Below, piece after piece: positions 8,856-18,872 of a DNA stretch of 53,616 nucleotides. A program made the translations under genes and the position numbers. How positions within the stretch are numbered: the stretch's first letter is position 1; each line of letters starts with the position of its first letter. Source of the stretch: Nitrospirota bacterium (GTDB lineage Bacteria > Nitrospirota > Nitrospiria > JACQCE01); the NCBI GenBank assembly GCA_016201765.1, contig JACQCE010000048.1:1-53616 (forward strand), given 5' to 3'. The notes under the pieces were generated by a model. The model saw only the letters and a list, made by a program, of their open reading frames with translations, was not told the DNA's origin and searched no databases.

Positions 8856-11715
8856 TGCCGAGCGTGAAATGGATCTCATAGCGACTCTGATCAATCCTGA
8901 TGGGCTCAAGGGCACCGGGATAATACACATTGATGGGCCGCAGCTTATAGCCCCAATCGAGACGGAGCGGTCCCACCGGGGTATTATACCTGATCCCCGC
9001 GCCGACTGAAAATTTCACCTCCTGGAGATCGACGGTCTTCGGTCTGGTCCAGACGTCCCCGCCGTCAAGAAACAGCACCAGCCCCAGATGTTTGGGCAGG
9101 GCAATGCGCGCCTCGAGGTTGCTCATCAGCATGACGTTGCCGCCGATCGGGTCGCCGCTGGCCGAGAGCGTCGAATCCGGTGAGACCATGAAAGTGCCGC
9201 CGCCGGCCGGCACCACCCTGAGCGCGCCGAGCGTATCCAGCCGGTAACCCCTGACCGTGCTGAGACCGCCCAGGTAGAAACGCTCGCCGAGCGGGACCAG
9301 CGTGGTCTCCCCAAATTCCTTGGCGATGCCTGCACGGGCGGAGAAGGCGAGGACGATCAGGCGGTGGGGACTGAAAAACCAACTGGTCGACGCCGTCGCC
9401 TTGACGAGCTGGACCTGGGAGCCGAGGCTCTGCGCGGCATCTTCAAACGTCAGGCTGTGGATCGAGCCGCGCGTGGGATTGAACGGATCATCGCGCAGAT
9501 CGAGGATCAACCCCGGGGTGAGACTGCCGATGTTCACGCGTTTCCGCTCAGTGGTTGACAGCTTGGCGCCCGGGTCGATCTTGTACCGGTTTCTGGTGTA
9601 ACGATAGAGCAGTGAAAACTTCAACCGTTCCGTGATGTTTTTGTCAAAACCAGCCGTGCCGCCATAGCTTTGCCGGTCAAACGTGACCTCTTTCCTGTGC
9701 TCATAAAGCGTGGTGAGCCGAAGGTCGAGGGGCAGGCCGGCCGCCCAGGGTTCGACGTAGTTGAGCAGGTAGCGCTGTTCGAGAAAGTCGGCCTCCACCC
9801 GCACGCTGGCCCGCCGGCCGGTGCCGGCCAGATTCTTGTGCGAAATCTGGGCGAAGCCTCGGAACTTTTCCTCCCGTCCGTATCCTGCGCCGAATTCGAC
9901 CGTGCCGGCCGGCCGCTCCACGACCGACAGCTTGAGATCCTTCAGCCGCTCGGTCTGTTGGGCCTCGATGGGTTCGAGTTTGATGTCCCGGAAAATCCCC
10001 AGTTGGGAGAGGTTGTGACGGCTGCGCAGGATGGCGGCGTAATCATAGGGGTCGCCCGGGTGGATGGCCAGTTCCCGCTGGAGGACGGCCGCATCGGTGT
10101 TCAACGGCCCGGTGATGATGATGCTTCCCACGAAGGTGGGCGGGCCTTCGGTGATGATAAAGGGCAGCGTCGCTTCCGTGCGCGATTCGTTGAACCGGGG
10201 CTCGAGGGTCACCGTGGTTGCAAGATAGCCTTTGCCGGCATAGAGGGCGAGCAGTGCCATCCGGTCGGCCCTGGCTTGGGCCGGATTGTACGGCTGGCCG
10301 GCGCGGGAGAGGATGAAGGCCTGGAGCAGATCATCGGGGAGATGGGTGTCGCCCGAGAAGTCGATCCGCCCGATGCGGGTCTGCGTGCCTTCCTGCACAG
10401 TGATCGTCAGGTCGACCGTTCCCTTTGCGGTCTGCAGCGTCTGGCCGCCTTCGATGACGGCGGAGAGGTAGCCGTGCTCGCTGTACCATTGGCGCACACG
10501 GGACAGATCCGACTCCCGCGCGACGGGGTCAAACCGGGGATGGGACAGACCCAGCAGGGCGGGGCGCATGACGAGCGGTTTCCGCCACGACGATGCATGG
10601 TCCTCCTGGGCGCCAGTGACGGTCAACCGCCCCACCGTGAAGCGCGGTCCCGCATCGAGGTGAAACGTGATGGAGGCCTGTTGGCGGTCGGGGGACTCGC
10701 TCCGTTCGGCATGGACGGCGGCCGTCAGATAGCCGTCTTCGCGCAGGAGGTTCTGCATGCGTTCCGCGCTGGCATCCAGCACATCCTGCTCGATGCTCTG
10801 TTCGGCCTGGATCAGCAGCCGCTCGCGCAATCGTGATTCCGAGTACCAGAAGGGCTTGCCGGGAAAGGCGATGGTCACTTGGGGGCCGGCGTGCACCGTG
10901 ATCGTCAGTGCCACGGCATTGGCGGAGGGGTCGTACCGCACAATCGGCGATTCAACGACCGCCACCAGAAACTCGTGTTCGGCGTAGAGGAGCTTCAACT
11001 GCTCGATGCGTTCGTCGATTTCGAGGGCGGTGTACCGTCCGCCGGGATGCAGATCAATTCGCCTGCGAACGTCGGCTTCGGGCAGCCCCAGCCGGCCCGC
11101 GAGCGTCAGGGCGCCGATCAGCGCCGGAGGCCCCTCGTCAATCGTGATCACGAGCCGGATGTCCGCCTGATTCGGTTGCGTGGCGACGGTCGGCGTCGCC
11201 CGGGTCTGCATGTAGCCCTGCCGGGTGTAGAACTGCTGCAGACGAACCAGCGCCGTCTGCAGCCGTTCCCGGTCGAATTCATCGCCGACGTCCAATTGCA
11301 GCGTGTTACGGAGCTCACGGAGGGGGAACGAGAGAACACGGCCGGTGATTGTCAACTCGCGGAGACGCTGTTTGGCCCACAGGTGATAGATCAGCGAGAT
11401 TCCGGCGGGTGTCTCTTCCGCTTCGATGGTGATCAGGGCGAACTGGCCGGTGGCGTAGAGGCGGTCAATGCTGGCGCGGATCGCCCCGGCGTCAAACCGG
11501 CGGCCGACGCCGACGCCGGTCAGTTTCAGCAGATCGCCGGCCGTGTAGCGCGTCCGGGTGTCGACGATGAGGGCGGTGATCGATTGCCCGTCGAACTCGC
11601 GGCCGTCTGGGGAAAGCCCGGCGGCCGTGGGAGCGGTCTGCGGCGCGGCCTCGTGCGCCGTGAGGAGCACCGCCAGGGCGGCGACAACAATCCACCCCGG
11701 CGCCGTCTGCTTCAT
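8845..11715 (-). CDS. Omp85-family outer membrane protein (TamA/BamA-like, multiple POTRA)
   Basis: Signal peptide from MKQT, repeated POTRA patterns, ERFYLGGLSTVRGY, TPVGPLRLDWG, terminal HFTLGNAF. Confidence 0.9.
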   Translation of the reverse strand: MKQTAPGWIVVAALAVLLTAHEAAPQTAPTAAGLSPDGREFDGQSITALIVDTRTRYTAGDLLKLTGVGVGRRFDAGAIRASIDRLYATGQFALITIEAEETPAGISLIYHLWAKQRLRELTITGRVLSFPLRELRNTLQLDVGDEFDRERLQTALVRLQQFYTRQGYMQTRATPTVATQPNQADIRLVITIDEGPPALIGALTLAGRLGLPEADVRRRIDLHPGGRYTALEIDERIEQLKLLYAEHEFLVAVVESPIVRYDPSANAVALTITVHAGPQVTIAFPGKPFWYSESRLRERLLIQAEQSIEQDVLDASAERMQNLLREDGYLTAAVHAERSESPDRQQASITFHLDAGPRFTVGRLTVTGAQEDHASSWRKPLVMRPALLGLSHPRFDPVARESDLSRVRQWYSEHGYLSAVIEGGQTLQTAKGTVDLTITVQEGTQTRIGRIDFSGDTHLPDDLLQAFILSRAGQPYNPAQARADRMALLALYAGKGYLATTVTLEPRFNESRTEATLPFIITEGPPTFVGSIIITGPLNTDAAVLQRELAIHPGDPYDYAAILRSRHNLSQLGIFRDIKLEPIEAQQTERLKDLKLSVVERPAGTVEFGAGYGREEKFRGFAQISHKNLAGTGRRASVRVEADFLEQRYLLNYVEPWAAGLPLDLRLTTLYEHRKEVTFDRQSYGGTAGFDKNITERLKFSLLYRYTRNRYKIDPGAKLSTTERKRVNIGSLTPGLILDLRDDPFNPTRGSIHSLTFEDAAQSLGSQVQLVKATASTSWFFSPHRLIVLAFSARAGIAKEFGETTLVPLGERFYLGGLSTVRGYRLDTLGALRVVPAGGGTFMVSPDSTLSASGDPIGGNVMLMSNLEARIALPKHLGLVLFLDGGDVWTRPKTVDLQEVKFSVGAGIRYNTPVGPLRLDWGYKLRPINVYYPGALEPIRIDQSRYEIHFTLGNAF

Positions 11716-11743
11716 GGCGCGCCGACGATTGTGAGCCCTGCCG

Positions 11744-14700
11744 CTACCGGAATTCAAATCGGAATTTGACGTCGCCGCCAAAACGGCCGGTGTCGTCCCC
11801 TTCGCCGACCAGTGACATGTGCCGGTTGATCTCATACTCCAGCTTGTACACCGGCACCGTGGTCGGGTCCAGGGGTTGTGAGTAGAGAAAGAGCAGCCGG
11901 TTGTCGAGGAATTGTTTGCCGATGGTCAATTGCGGACCGACCGTGAGGCCGGACTGATCGACCACCGAATCGATCTGAAACCGGTCGATGCCGATCTGCT
12001 GGGCGGGCTCCTCGAGCAATTCGCTGACCAGCAAGGCGGCGGCTTCATTGGTGGCCACGGCGCCGGCGCCCACCGTGCCGACCTCCTCGGAGGTGCGACC
12101 GACGGTCATGACCGAGAGGATGTCGGCCTGGCTGAGGGCCGGATCGGACGACAATTCCAACCCGATGCGCTCGGGCGTGCCGGTCAGGGCCAGATCAATG
12201 ACATAGTCCCTCACCTTGGCGCTGGCTTTCAGATCGAGGGCGGGGCGCGTCTGTTTGGGATCGAGAAAGTCGATCGACCCTTGGGAGACTTGAAACGGTG
12301 TGTGCAAAAAGGTGAAGGTCCCCCCGGTGGTGAAGATGCGCCCGATGATGACGGGATGTTCCACCGTGCCCCGCGCCTCCAGATCAATATCCAGCGGGAG
12401 TGTGGCGATGTTGTTGCGGATCCAGATGGCTTCGCGCCCCGACAGATGGACTTGCAGCGCCACGGTGTTCAGAAACGACGGCAGCGAGAGCGTCACCGCA
12501 TTGAATCCGGGCTGTTCCTTCAGGATCGTTTTCAAATCGATGCGTTTGACATAGGTGGCCCGGACCAATTGGAGATCGCCTTTGAGCAGATGATGGCCGA
12601 TGCCGGCGACATCCGGCGCCGGCCATTCGCCCTGCAACCAGAGGGAGCCGTCGACCAGGCCGGACAACCCCTCGATTGGAGCGATCTGGAGTCTGCTGAC
12701 CTCCATCAGCACGCGGTACTCCGCGGGATGCAGGCCGTGCAACCCGATGCGTCCGGACGCCTGCACGGTGCCCTTGCCGACGCCGCCGTGCAGATCGTCG
12801 AGCACCAGTTGCTGGCTGTCGAACACCAGTCCGGCATAGGAGATGGTCAACGGCTGGTCGACCGTCTCCAGACGGATCTGGCCGTTTTGAATGCTGATGC
12901 CGCCGGCCATTCCGGGGTCGAGCCAGCGATCCGTGATCTGCAACGCGAGGTAGGCCTTCCCCTTTCCGTAGGAGACGCCGGGCACGAACAGCCGAAGAAT
13001 GGCCAGGTCGGCTTCGCCGTGCACAAACAGATCATACCGTTCGAAGAGCGTCAGCCCCCCCTCAGCCGCCAGTATCGTGCCCTCGCCGGTCAACCGAACC
13101 CGTTGGGCCGTGACCCGGCCGTTCTGAAGCACGAACTCGATCGGCCCGTCGTTGGTGATGGGGTAATCCACCAGCCGGACGGTCAACTCGGAGAAACTGA
13201 GCCGGCCGCTCAGGTTTGCGGGATGGACGAGACTGCCGGTCAATTCCCCCTCACCCGAGGCGGTCAGGGTGATCTGCTCCGGCCAGGCGGGAACGAACGG
13301 CCGCAGCAGCAAGGCGAACGGAAACCGGGTGACGCGCAGTCGAAATTCGGCGGGGAGATCATTGCGCACCTGGACGACGCCCTCCACGGAGAGGCGCGGA
13401 TCATCCAGCTCGGCGGCGACATCCAGCCGGTCGCCGGCCAGCCGCAACGTGACCGTCCCCCGGCCAAGCGCCGTGGGGCCGACGGCCAGTGCGCTCAGTC
13501 CGATCCTGGCTTCCGCATGCGGCTCCTTCCATGTGCCGGAACCGGAGAGGGCGCCGGAGAGTATCCCGCTGACTTGAGGGGCGGCCGTGTGAAGCCGTTC
13601 GATCCGTTCCAACGAGACGGTCTCCACGGCAAGGTCCGCCTGATAGGAGCCGTCGAACCCGATTCGGGCCGAACCGTTCAGTGTTCCATCGCCCTCCGTG
13701 AGGCGCACCCGGGACAATGTGATGCCGTGCAGCGTTACATCCAGGATGGCGTTGCTGCCGGCGATGGGCTGACCGAACAGCCGCCCCTCGGCCACGCGCA
13801 CCGGCCCCCGCAGGTGGAAGTCCGCCGGGGTGCCCGTCAGTGTGAGCGTGCCGGCGGCCCGGCCGTCGACGGGCAGGGCGATCCCAAAGAGGTGGAGAAT
13901 GCGTCCCAACTCCCCGTCGGTCACAGTCATCGACAGTCGAAACCGCGGATGCGTGCTCTGGTCTGGAGGAGAGGAGGTGGAAGGCGGCGCGGCCAGCGTG
14001 ATGGCGCCGCCGACCACCGCGTGGCCGGCCCGTTGTCGAACGCGACCGTCGCGCAGCGTGAACGTGCCGGCTTCGTACGAAAAGGCGGCGTGGATTTCGT
14101 CGATGATCTCGGCGTGGCGTTGCAAGGTTTGGGTGGCCGCCGAGCCGGCCAGGCGGGGATGATCCCAACTGCCGGTGAGGGTGGTCTGCCCTGTCACCGA
14201 GCCCGTCCAGCCGTCCAAGCCATGGATGCCGGAGGCCATGGCCCAGTCGCCTATTTCACCCAGGTCGGTCAGTTGCCAGGCGCCCGACAACTCCAGCGGG
14301 CCATGGTAATCCGCCGAGCCTTCCACGGTGAGGCGGTTGTCTTTCCGGCTGACAATCTCGGCATGATGAAGAGTGATCTGCGTCGCGTGCCATTGCCCCT
14401 CCACAATCAGCCGGGAGAGATGAGGCCATGCCTCTCGCAACGGAACCGGCTGTGCCGGGGGGGGCGGTGCCGCAGGGTGGTCCGGTTCCATCGCGACAAA
14501 GGCCAGTCGCCCGTTGCCCCCCCAGTCGTCCACCGTCCAGCCGGCGCCGTGCACGGCGAGATGGCCGGTGACCCGACCATCGGGAAATCCGGCCACGGGG
14601 AACCATCGCCGCACCAACGGGCCTGCCTGCAGTTCGGACAGATCGATCGAGGCCTCAATGGCGGGTGGAATGGGGGGGAGGGACAGGGAGGCGCGGCCGG

Positions 14701-15772
14701 TGAGGGAGCCCTTCAGCGCCGAGCCGGTCAGGCGGGTCAGGAGCAGGCGCCCCTGGTTCAACTGCCACTGGGTTGAGGCGGCGCCGATCGGCACTGCGTC
14801 AATCATCACGTTGGTGACGTCAAGACGGCCGTTGAGGGAGAGGGGCGCCACGGTGTGCCACAGATCCTTCCCGATCGTCCATGGGCCCTTGATGGCCGCC
14901 TCCAGGTCGAGGAGGCCGTCCCATGAGTGGTCGGCCGGCAGCCAGAGAGCGAGACGGCCGAGCGGCATCGACGCCTTCACCGTCAACTGTAGAATAGGTG
15001 GCGCCTCCAGCGCCACGGCGCCGTCCAATGCGAAGCGGCCCTCCGGGCCGTCGACCTTCACCTCGCGGATGGTCACTCGCTTCGGCGTCCATGTCGCCTG
15101 TCCGACGATCGAGGTGAAGGTCTGGCGCCAGGCGCCCTGCTCAAGGAGGAGCCGTCCGTCGGTCAGGTGTAGTGTTGTCTGCTCGGTCAGGAGGCCGAAG
15201 TCGAGATTCCCATCGACGCGATCGATCACCGCGAGCCTGTTCCTCTCCGGATCGGTGTAGCGAAGGGCGCCGTCATGGAGTGTGACCTGGCGTATGATGA
15301 CAGGGCCGGTTTTGTCGGCCGATCGGGCGTGCCGGCTGAGGCGGTCGATCCGGCTGGGAGTCAGCTCAAGCCGCGGCGACTCGAGATCGATGCGGTGGAT
15401 GATGAAGCGGTCGGCCAGCAGCGACAACAGGCTGAACCGGACCTCAACCGAGGTGGTGCTCAACAGCGGCGCCGGTTCCTGATCGGGACTGCCGATCCGC
15501 AGCTCCGCCAGGGTGACGGACGCGGGGAACCAGTGGAGGCTCAATTGTGTGATGCTGACGGGCAGCCCCAGTTGCGCACTCAACGCCGTCTGGATGGACC
15601 GGCTTGCGATCTGGGTCAGTTTGGCCTGCGCGATGAAGAGTCCGAGCAGCAGGAGCGTTGCGAATAACGCGCTGATCACCACCCATCGAAGCGCGCGCCG
15701 GCGCGGGGCCGGCGCGGGGGGATCGGGAAGGGACGCCGTCTCTGGCGGGTGAGACGGCTCGTCCGGCGTCAC
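11744..15772 (-). CDS. tamB: TamB/AsmA-family translocation and assembly module protein
   Basis: N-terminal TM anchor, long beta-taco repeats, C-terminal LSSDPALSQADILS..FRFEFR; adjacent to Omp85 gene. Confidence 0.8.
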   Translation of the reverse strand: MTPDEPSHPPETASLPDPPAPAPRRRALRWVVISALFATLLLLGLFIAQAKLTQIASRSIQTALSAQLGLPVSITQLSLHWFPASVTLAELRIGSPDQEPAPLLSTTSVEVRFSLLSLLADRFIIHRIDLESPRLELTPSRIDRLSRHARSADKTGPVIIRQVTLHDGALRYTDPERNRLAVIDRVDGNLDFGLLTEQTTLHLTDGRLLLEQGAWRQTFTSIVGQATWTPKRVTIREVKVDGPEGRFALDGAVALEAPPILQLTVKASMPLGRLALWLPADHSWDGLLDLEAAIKGPWTIGKDLWHTVAPLSLNGRLDVTNVMIDAVPIGAASTQWQLNQGRLLLTRLTGSALKGSLTGRASLSLPPIPPAIEASIDLSELQAGPLVRRWFPVAGFPDGRVTGHLAVHGAGWTVDDWGGNGRLAFVAMEPDHPAAPPPPAQPVPLREAWPHLSRLIVEGQWHATQITLHHAEIVSRKDNRLTVEGSADYHGPLELSGAWQLTDLGEIGDWAMASGIHGLDGWTGSVTGQTTLTGSWDHPRLAGSAATQTLQRHAEIIDEIHAAFSYEAGTFTLRDGRVRQRAGHAVVGGAITLAAPPSTSSPPDQSTHPRFRLSMTVTDGELGRILHLFGIALPVDGRAAGTLTLTGTPADFHLRGPVRVAEGRLFGQPIAGSNAILDVTLHGITLSRVRLTEGDGTLNGSARIGFDGSYQADLAVETVSLERIERLHTAAPQVSGILSGALSGSGTWKEPHAEARIGLSALAVGPTALGRGTVTLRLAGDRLDVAAELDDPRLSVEGVVQVRNDLPAEFRLRVTRFPFALLLRPFVPAWPEQITLTASGEGELTGSLVHPANLSGRLSFSELTVRLVDYPITNDGPIEFVLQNGRVTAQRVRLTGEGTILAAEGGLTLFERYDLFVHGEADLAILRLFVPGVSYGKGKAYLALQITDRWLDPGMAGGISIQNGQIRLETVDQPLTISYAGLVFDSQQLVLDDLHGGVGKGTVQASGRIGLHGLHPAEYRVLMEVSRLQIAPIEGLSGLVDGSLWLQGEWPAPDVAGIGHHLLKGDLQLVRATYVKRIDLKTILKEQPGFNAVTLSLPSFLNTVALQVHLSGREAIWIRNNIATLPLDIDLEARGTVEHPVIIGRIFTTGGTFTFLHTPFQVSQGSIDFLDPKQTRPALDLKASAKVRDYVIDLALTGTPERIGLELSSDPALSQADILSVMTVGRTSEEVGTVGAGAVATNEAAALLVSELLEEPAQQIGIDRFQIDSVVDQSGLTVGPQLTIGKQFLDNRLLFLYSQPLDPTTVPVYKLEYEINRHMSLVGEGDDTGRFGGDVKFRFEFR

Positions 15773-16221
15773 CGTGCGCCTCCGGGCGGCGCAACGGGTC
15801 CGGAGCGGCTGCGCTCCACAAAGGTCAGTCGCAGGGTATAGAGCAGCTGTTGCAGGAGGTGTTGCTCGTCAGGGGTCAGGTTGCCGGCCGTCTTTCGCTC
15901 GACAATCTCCAGCAGGTCAATGAGGTGACGCGCAGACTGAAGATCGATCGGCCCTTCCCCGATGACTGACGGATTCCCGCCGGCGTCTTCTCCCGGGGAC
16001 TGCACGCCCAGCGCGGCAAACGCGGAGGTTCCGAGACTGAAGAGCAATTCGGAAAAACTGGCCCGCGGCGGGACAGCGTGTGGCGCCGCCTCCCCATGAC
16101 CCGCTGGATCGGGGGAGGCGAACGGTGCGGTCACCGGCGGCGGATCGGATGAAGCCGGGAGCGGGGACTCTTCTTGACTGCGGCGACGGTCGCGAATTGT
16201 GAACGGGGATTCATCAGTCAT
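15769..16221 (-). CDS. DUF1844-like protein
   Basis: FTIRDRRR N-terminus, FSELLFSL..A..ALG, ARHLIDLLEIVERKTAGNLTPDEQHLL. Confidence 0.8.
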   Translation of the reverse strand: MTDESPFTIRDRRRSQEESPLPASSDPPPVTAPFASPDPAGHGEAAPHAVPPRASFSELLFSLGTSAFAALGVQSPGEDAGGNPSVIGEGPIDLQSARHLIDLLEIVERKTAGNLTPDEQHLLQQLLYTLRLTFVERSRSGPVAPPGGAR

Positions 16222-16320
16222 GATCGCGTGCGCACAACGCTGTGCCCGGCTACTCCACGTCGAGAAACGGCAAAAACAGCCTATCACACCCCATGAACCT
16301 TTGCAAGCAATTCCAAGACG

Positions 16321-16348
16321 TTGCGACTGTCAGGAAACACGGTATAAT
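16321..16348 (+). promoter_or_regulatory. Sigma70-type promoter for mazG
   Basis: TTGCGA-N16-TATAAT ~90 nt upstream of ATG. Confidence 0.5.
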
Positions 16349-16436
16349 GGGGCGAAAGAGAAAGAGGGATTAGGGATTAATGGGGAAACTGCGGGGTAGG
16401 GGATAACGGCGGAAGCCGATAGAAAGGATTGCAGTC

Positions 16437-17357
16437 ATGTCCACGGCGTTTGAGCGATTGGTCGAGGTGATGCAACGGTTGCGCGGGGAAGGAGGGTGTC
16501 CGTGGGATCGTCAGCAGACGCGCGAAAGCCTGACGCCGTTTCTCCTTGAAGAAACGCATGAGGTGTTGGAGGCGATCGAGGCCGGCCGGCCCGACGCGTT
16601 GCGGGAAGAACTCGGCGATCTGCTGTTTCAGGTGCTCTTTCACGCCCAGATTGCATCGGAAGCGTCGGAATTCGACATTGACGATGTTGTGGAGGGAACC
16701 GTCCGGAAAATGACCCGTCGCCATCCCCATGTGTTTGGAACACAAAAGTCGGCGATGGCCGGGGGCGTGGGGGCATCGGAGGACGCCCGCTCGATTCCGC
16801 ACGGGCCCCCACAGATGAATCAACCGGGGGGAGAGGAGCCTCTCCCCCCGACTGCCATGACCGCCGACCAGGTCCTGGCCCGTTGGGAAATGATGAAGCG
16901 GCAGGAAGCGGGTCATCGCGCGCGCGCCTCCGTGGTGGACGGCGTTCCGCGATCGCTGCCTGCGCTGTTGCGTGCGCACCAGGTGCAGGCCAAGGCGGCC
17001 CGTGTCGGATTCGATTGGCCCGAGCGGGGACCGGTGCAGGCCAAGGTCGAGGAAGAGTGGGGCGAACTGACCGAAGCCGTCGGGACGCAGTCGCAGCGGC
17101 GGCAGGAGGAGGAATTGGGGGATCTGCTCTTTGCCGTGGTCAATCTGGCCCGTCATCTTCGGTGCGATCCCGAGGCGGCGCTGCAGCGGGCGACCCAACG
17201 GTTCATCGACCGGTTTCACCGGATGGAACAGTTGGCTGCGGGAGCGGGGCGGCCGCTTGTGCCCGCGGGGGCGAATGCCGGCTGGACATTGACCGAACTG
17301 GAGGGGTTGTGGGAACAGGCAAAGAGTGAAGAGGGCAAGGAGACAAAGGCGGATTAG
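16437..17357 (+). CDS. mazG: Nucleoside triphosphate pyrophosphohydrolase MazG (two-domain)
   Basis: LRGEGGCPWDRQQT, EELGDLLFQV, RRHPHVF, KAARVGFDW, second EELGDLLF; ~35-aa linker insertion. Confidence 0.95.
   Translation: MSTAFERLVEVMQRLRGEGGCPWDRQQTRESLTPFLLEETHEVLEAIEAGRPDALREELGDLLFQVLFHAQIASEASEFDIDDVVEGTVRKMTRRHPHVFGTQKSAMAGGVGASEDARSIPHGPPQMNQPGGEEPLPPTAMTADQVLARWEMMKRQEAGHRARASVVDGVPRSLPALLRAHQVQAKAARVGFDWPERGPVQAKVEEEWGELTEAVGTQSQRRQEEELGDLLFAVVNLARHLRCDPEAALQRATQRFIDRFHRMEQLAAGAGRPLVPAGANAGWTLTELEGLWEQAKSEEGKETKAD
16760..16850. repeat. Palindromic element inside mazG coding sequence
   Basis: GTGGGGGC(16767-74)/GCCCCCAC(16805-12) and perfect 12-bp inverted repeat CGGGGGGAGAGG-ag-CCTCTCCCCCCG (16825-16850). 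Confidence 0.75.
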
Positions 17358-17429
17358 GGATTAGAGGGACGAAGCGGATTAAGGGGTAGAGTGTAATCGA
17401 AACTCGGCGAACTGCGGTATGACGATGGC

Positions 17430-17566
17430 CAGGGGCCGAGCGCTGGTTTGACGCGCGAGTCGTGAGTGGAGCACGTATGGCGATGGGGGTTGTTAGGGGG
17501 AGCTGAGCACGCTCCCCCTGACTTGAGCGAGTGCGAAGCACGAGCGGATCCACTCGCTTTGCTTGC
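17430..17566. repeat. Intergenic REP-like structured element
   Basis: AGGGGGAGC-tgagcac-GCTCCCCCT hairpin and AGCGAGTG...CACTCGCT hairpin after a GGGGGTTGTTAGGGGG tract. Confidence 0.55.
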
Positions 17567-17591
17567 GTGATTCTCGTCCATCCCGTATACT
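17563..17591 (+). promoter_or_regulatory. Sigma70-type promoter for first T2SS/T4P operon
   Basis: TTGCGT-N17-TATACT then GGAG SD before GTG/ATG. Confidence 0.6.
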
Positions 17592-17612
17592 GATCGACGA
17601 GAAGCGGAGAAC

Positions 17613-18821
17613 GTGATGCCGGTCTATTCATGTCGGGTGGGGCGCGCGGACGGAACCGTCAGCGTCGAGCGGATCGAGGCGGAGGATGCCGATCGCGCCG
17701 CCGCCCGTCTGCGTGAGCTCGGGTATCTCATTTTTTCCGTCCGGCCCCGGCTGTCCGAGTGGGCATGGCTGGCCGGCCGCCGGTCCCGTTTCGGAGTGCA
17801 GGATTTTCTGGTGTTCAATCAGGAACTCTCCGCGTTGGTCAAGGCGGGCATCCCGATCTTGCGGACGCTGGATTTGTTGATCGACCGGGCCGCGCATCCG
17901 GGATTCCGTGACGCGCTCACCCAGGTGCGGGATCTGGTCAAGGGAGGGGCGTCATTATCCGAGGCGATGGGCCGGTTTCCAAGTTATTTTTCGGATCTCT
18001 ATGTTGCGTCGCTCCGGTCCGGCGAGCAGACCGGTCACGTGGTGGAGGTGGTGGCCCGCCACATTCTCTATTTACGCCGGATGCATGCGATGACGGCCAA
18101 AGTGCGCTCTGCGATGGCCTATCCCATGTTTCTGGTCACGGTCGGGTTGGTTGTGATCACCTTCCTGATGCTGTACGTCATGCCGAACTTTGCCAAGGTC
18201 TACGAGGACGCGCATGTCGAATTGCCCCTGTTGACGCGGGGTTTTCTCCTTGTGGTGGATCTCCTGCACCATCAGATTGTCTGGCTGGCGGCCGCCGTGG
18301 CAGGCGCCGCCGTGGCGATTCGGTTTCTGGCGACGATGGCGCGAACGCGCAGTTGGTGGCACCGGTGGCTGCTGCGGCTGCCCGTGATCGGCCGGACCGT
18401 GCGGTTGCATTATGTCATTGGCATGACGCGCACACTGGCGATGACGTTGCAGAGCGGCATCCCCCTGGTGGCGGCGCTGCGCATGGTGCAGGCTTCCTCC
18501 ACCAACAAGGTGTTCACCGCCGGCGTGGCGCAGGCGACCGAGGCGGTGGTGGGTGGCAGCGGGCTTGCCCAGGCGATGGGACGGGCCAAACTGCTGCCGC
18601 GCATGTCGGTTGAGATGATTGAAATCGGGGAGACCGCCGGGGCGTTGCCCGAGATGCTGAATGAGATTTCGGAATTTCATGAAGGAGAATTGGACCGTCT
18701 GTTGAACCGCTTGATGACCTGGATCGAACCGTCGATCCTGCTCATCATGGGGGGCTTGGTGGCGATTATCGTCGTCGCCATGTATCTGCCGATCTTTTAT
18801 CTCGCGGGAACGATTCAATGA
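17613..18821 (+). CDS. Type II secretion/type IV pilus inner-membrane platform protein (GspF/PilC family), copy 1
   Basis: FNQELSALVKAGIPI, GASLSEAM, GEQTG, AMAYP, GETAGAL, IEP..MYLPIF. Confidence 0.92.
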   Translation: MMPVYSCRVGRADGTVSVERIEAEDADRAAARLRELGYLIFSVRPRLSEWAWLAGRRSRFGVQDFLVFNQELSALVKAGIPILRTLDLLIDRAAHPGFRDALTQVRDLVKGGASLSEAMGRFPSYFSDLYVASLRSGEQTGHVVEVVARHILYLRRMHAMTAKVRSAMAYPMFLVTVGLVVITFLMLYVMPNFAKVYEDAHVELPLLTRGFLLVVDLLHHQIVWLAAAVAGAAVAIRFLATMARTRSWWHRWLLRLPVIGRTVRLHYVIGMTRTLAMTLQSGIPLVAALRMVQASSTNKVFTAGVAQATEAVVGGSGLAQAMGRAKLLPRMSVEMIEIGETAGALPEMLNEISEFHEGELDRLLNRLMTWIEPSILLIMGGLVAIIVVAMYLPIFYLAGTIQ

Positions 18822-18872
18822 CGAGGCGGGACGAGACCGGGCAGCAACGATCCACGGAACGGTCGCACATCC

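Noticed and set aside
11912-14776. 954-aa + strand ORF, and other long antisense ORFs (19038-20513, 24206-25501, 42302-44038)
   Set aside because: Shadow ORFs opposite well-supported genes, expected at high GC; no family motifs.
17354-17581. 75-aa minus-strand ORF between mazG and pilC
   Set aside because: Low-complexity translation of palindromic and repeat DNA.
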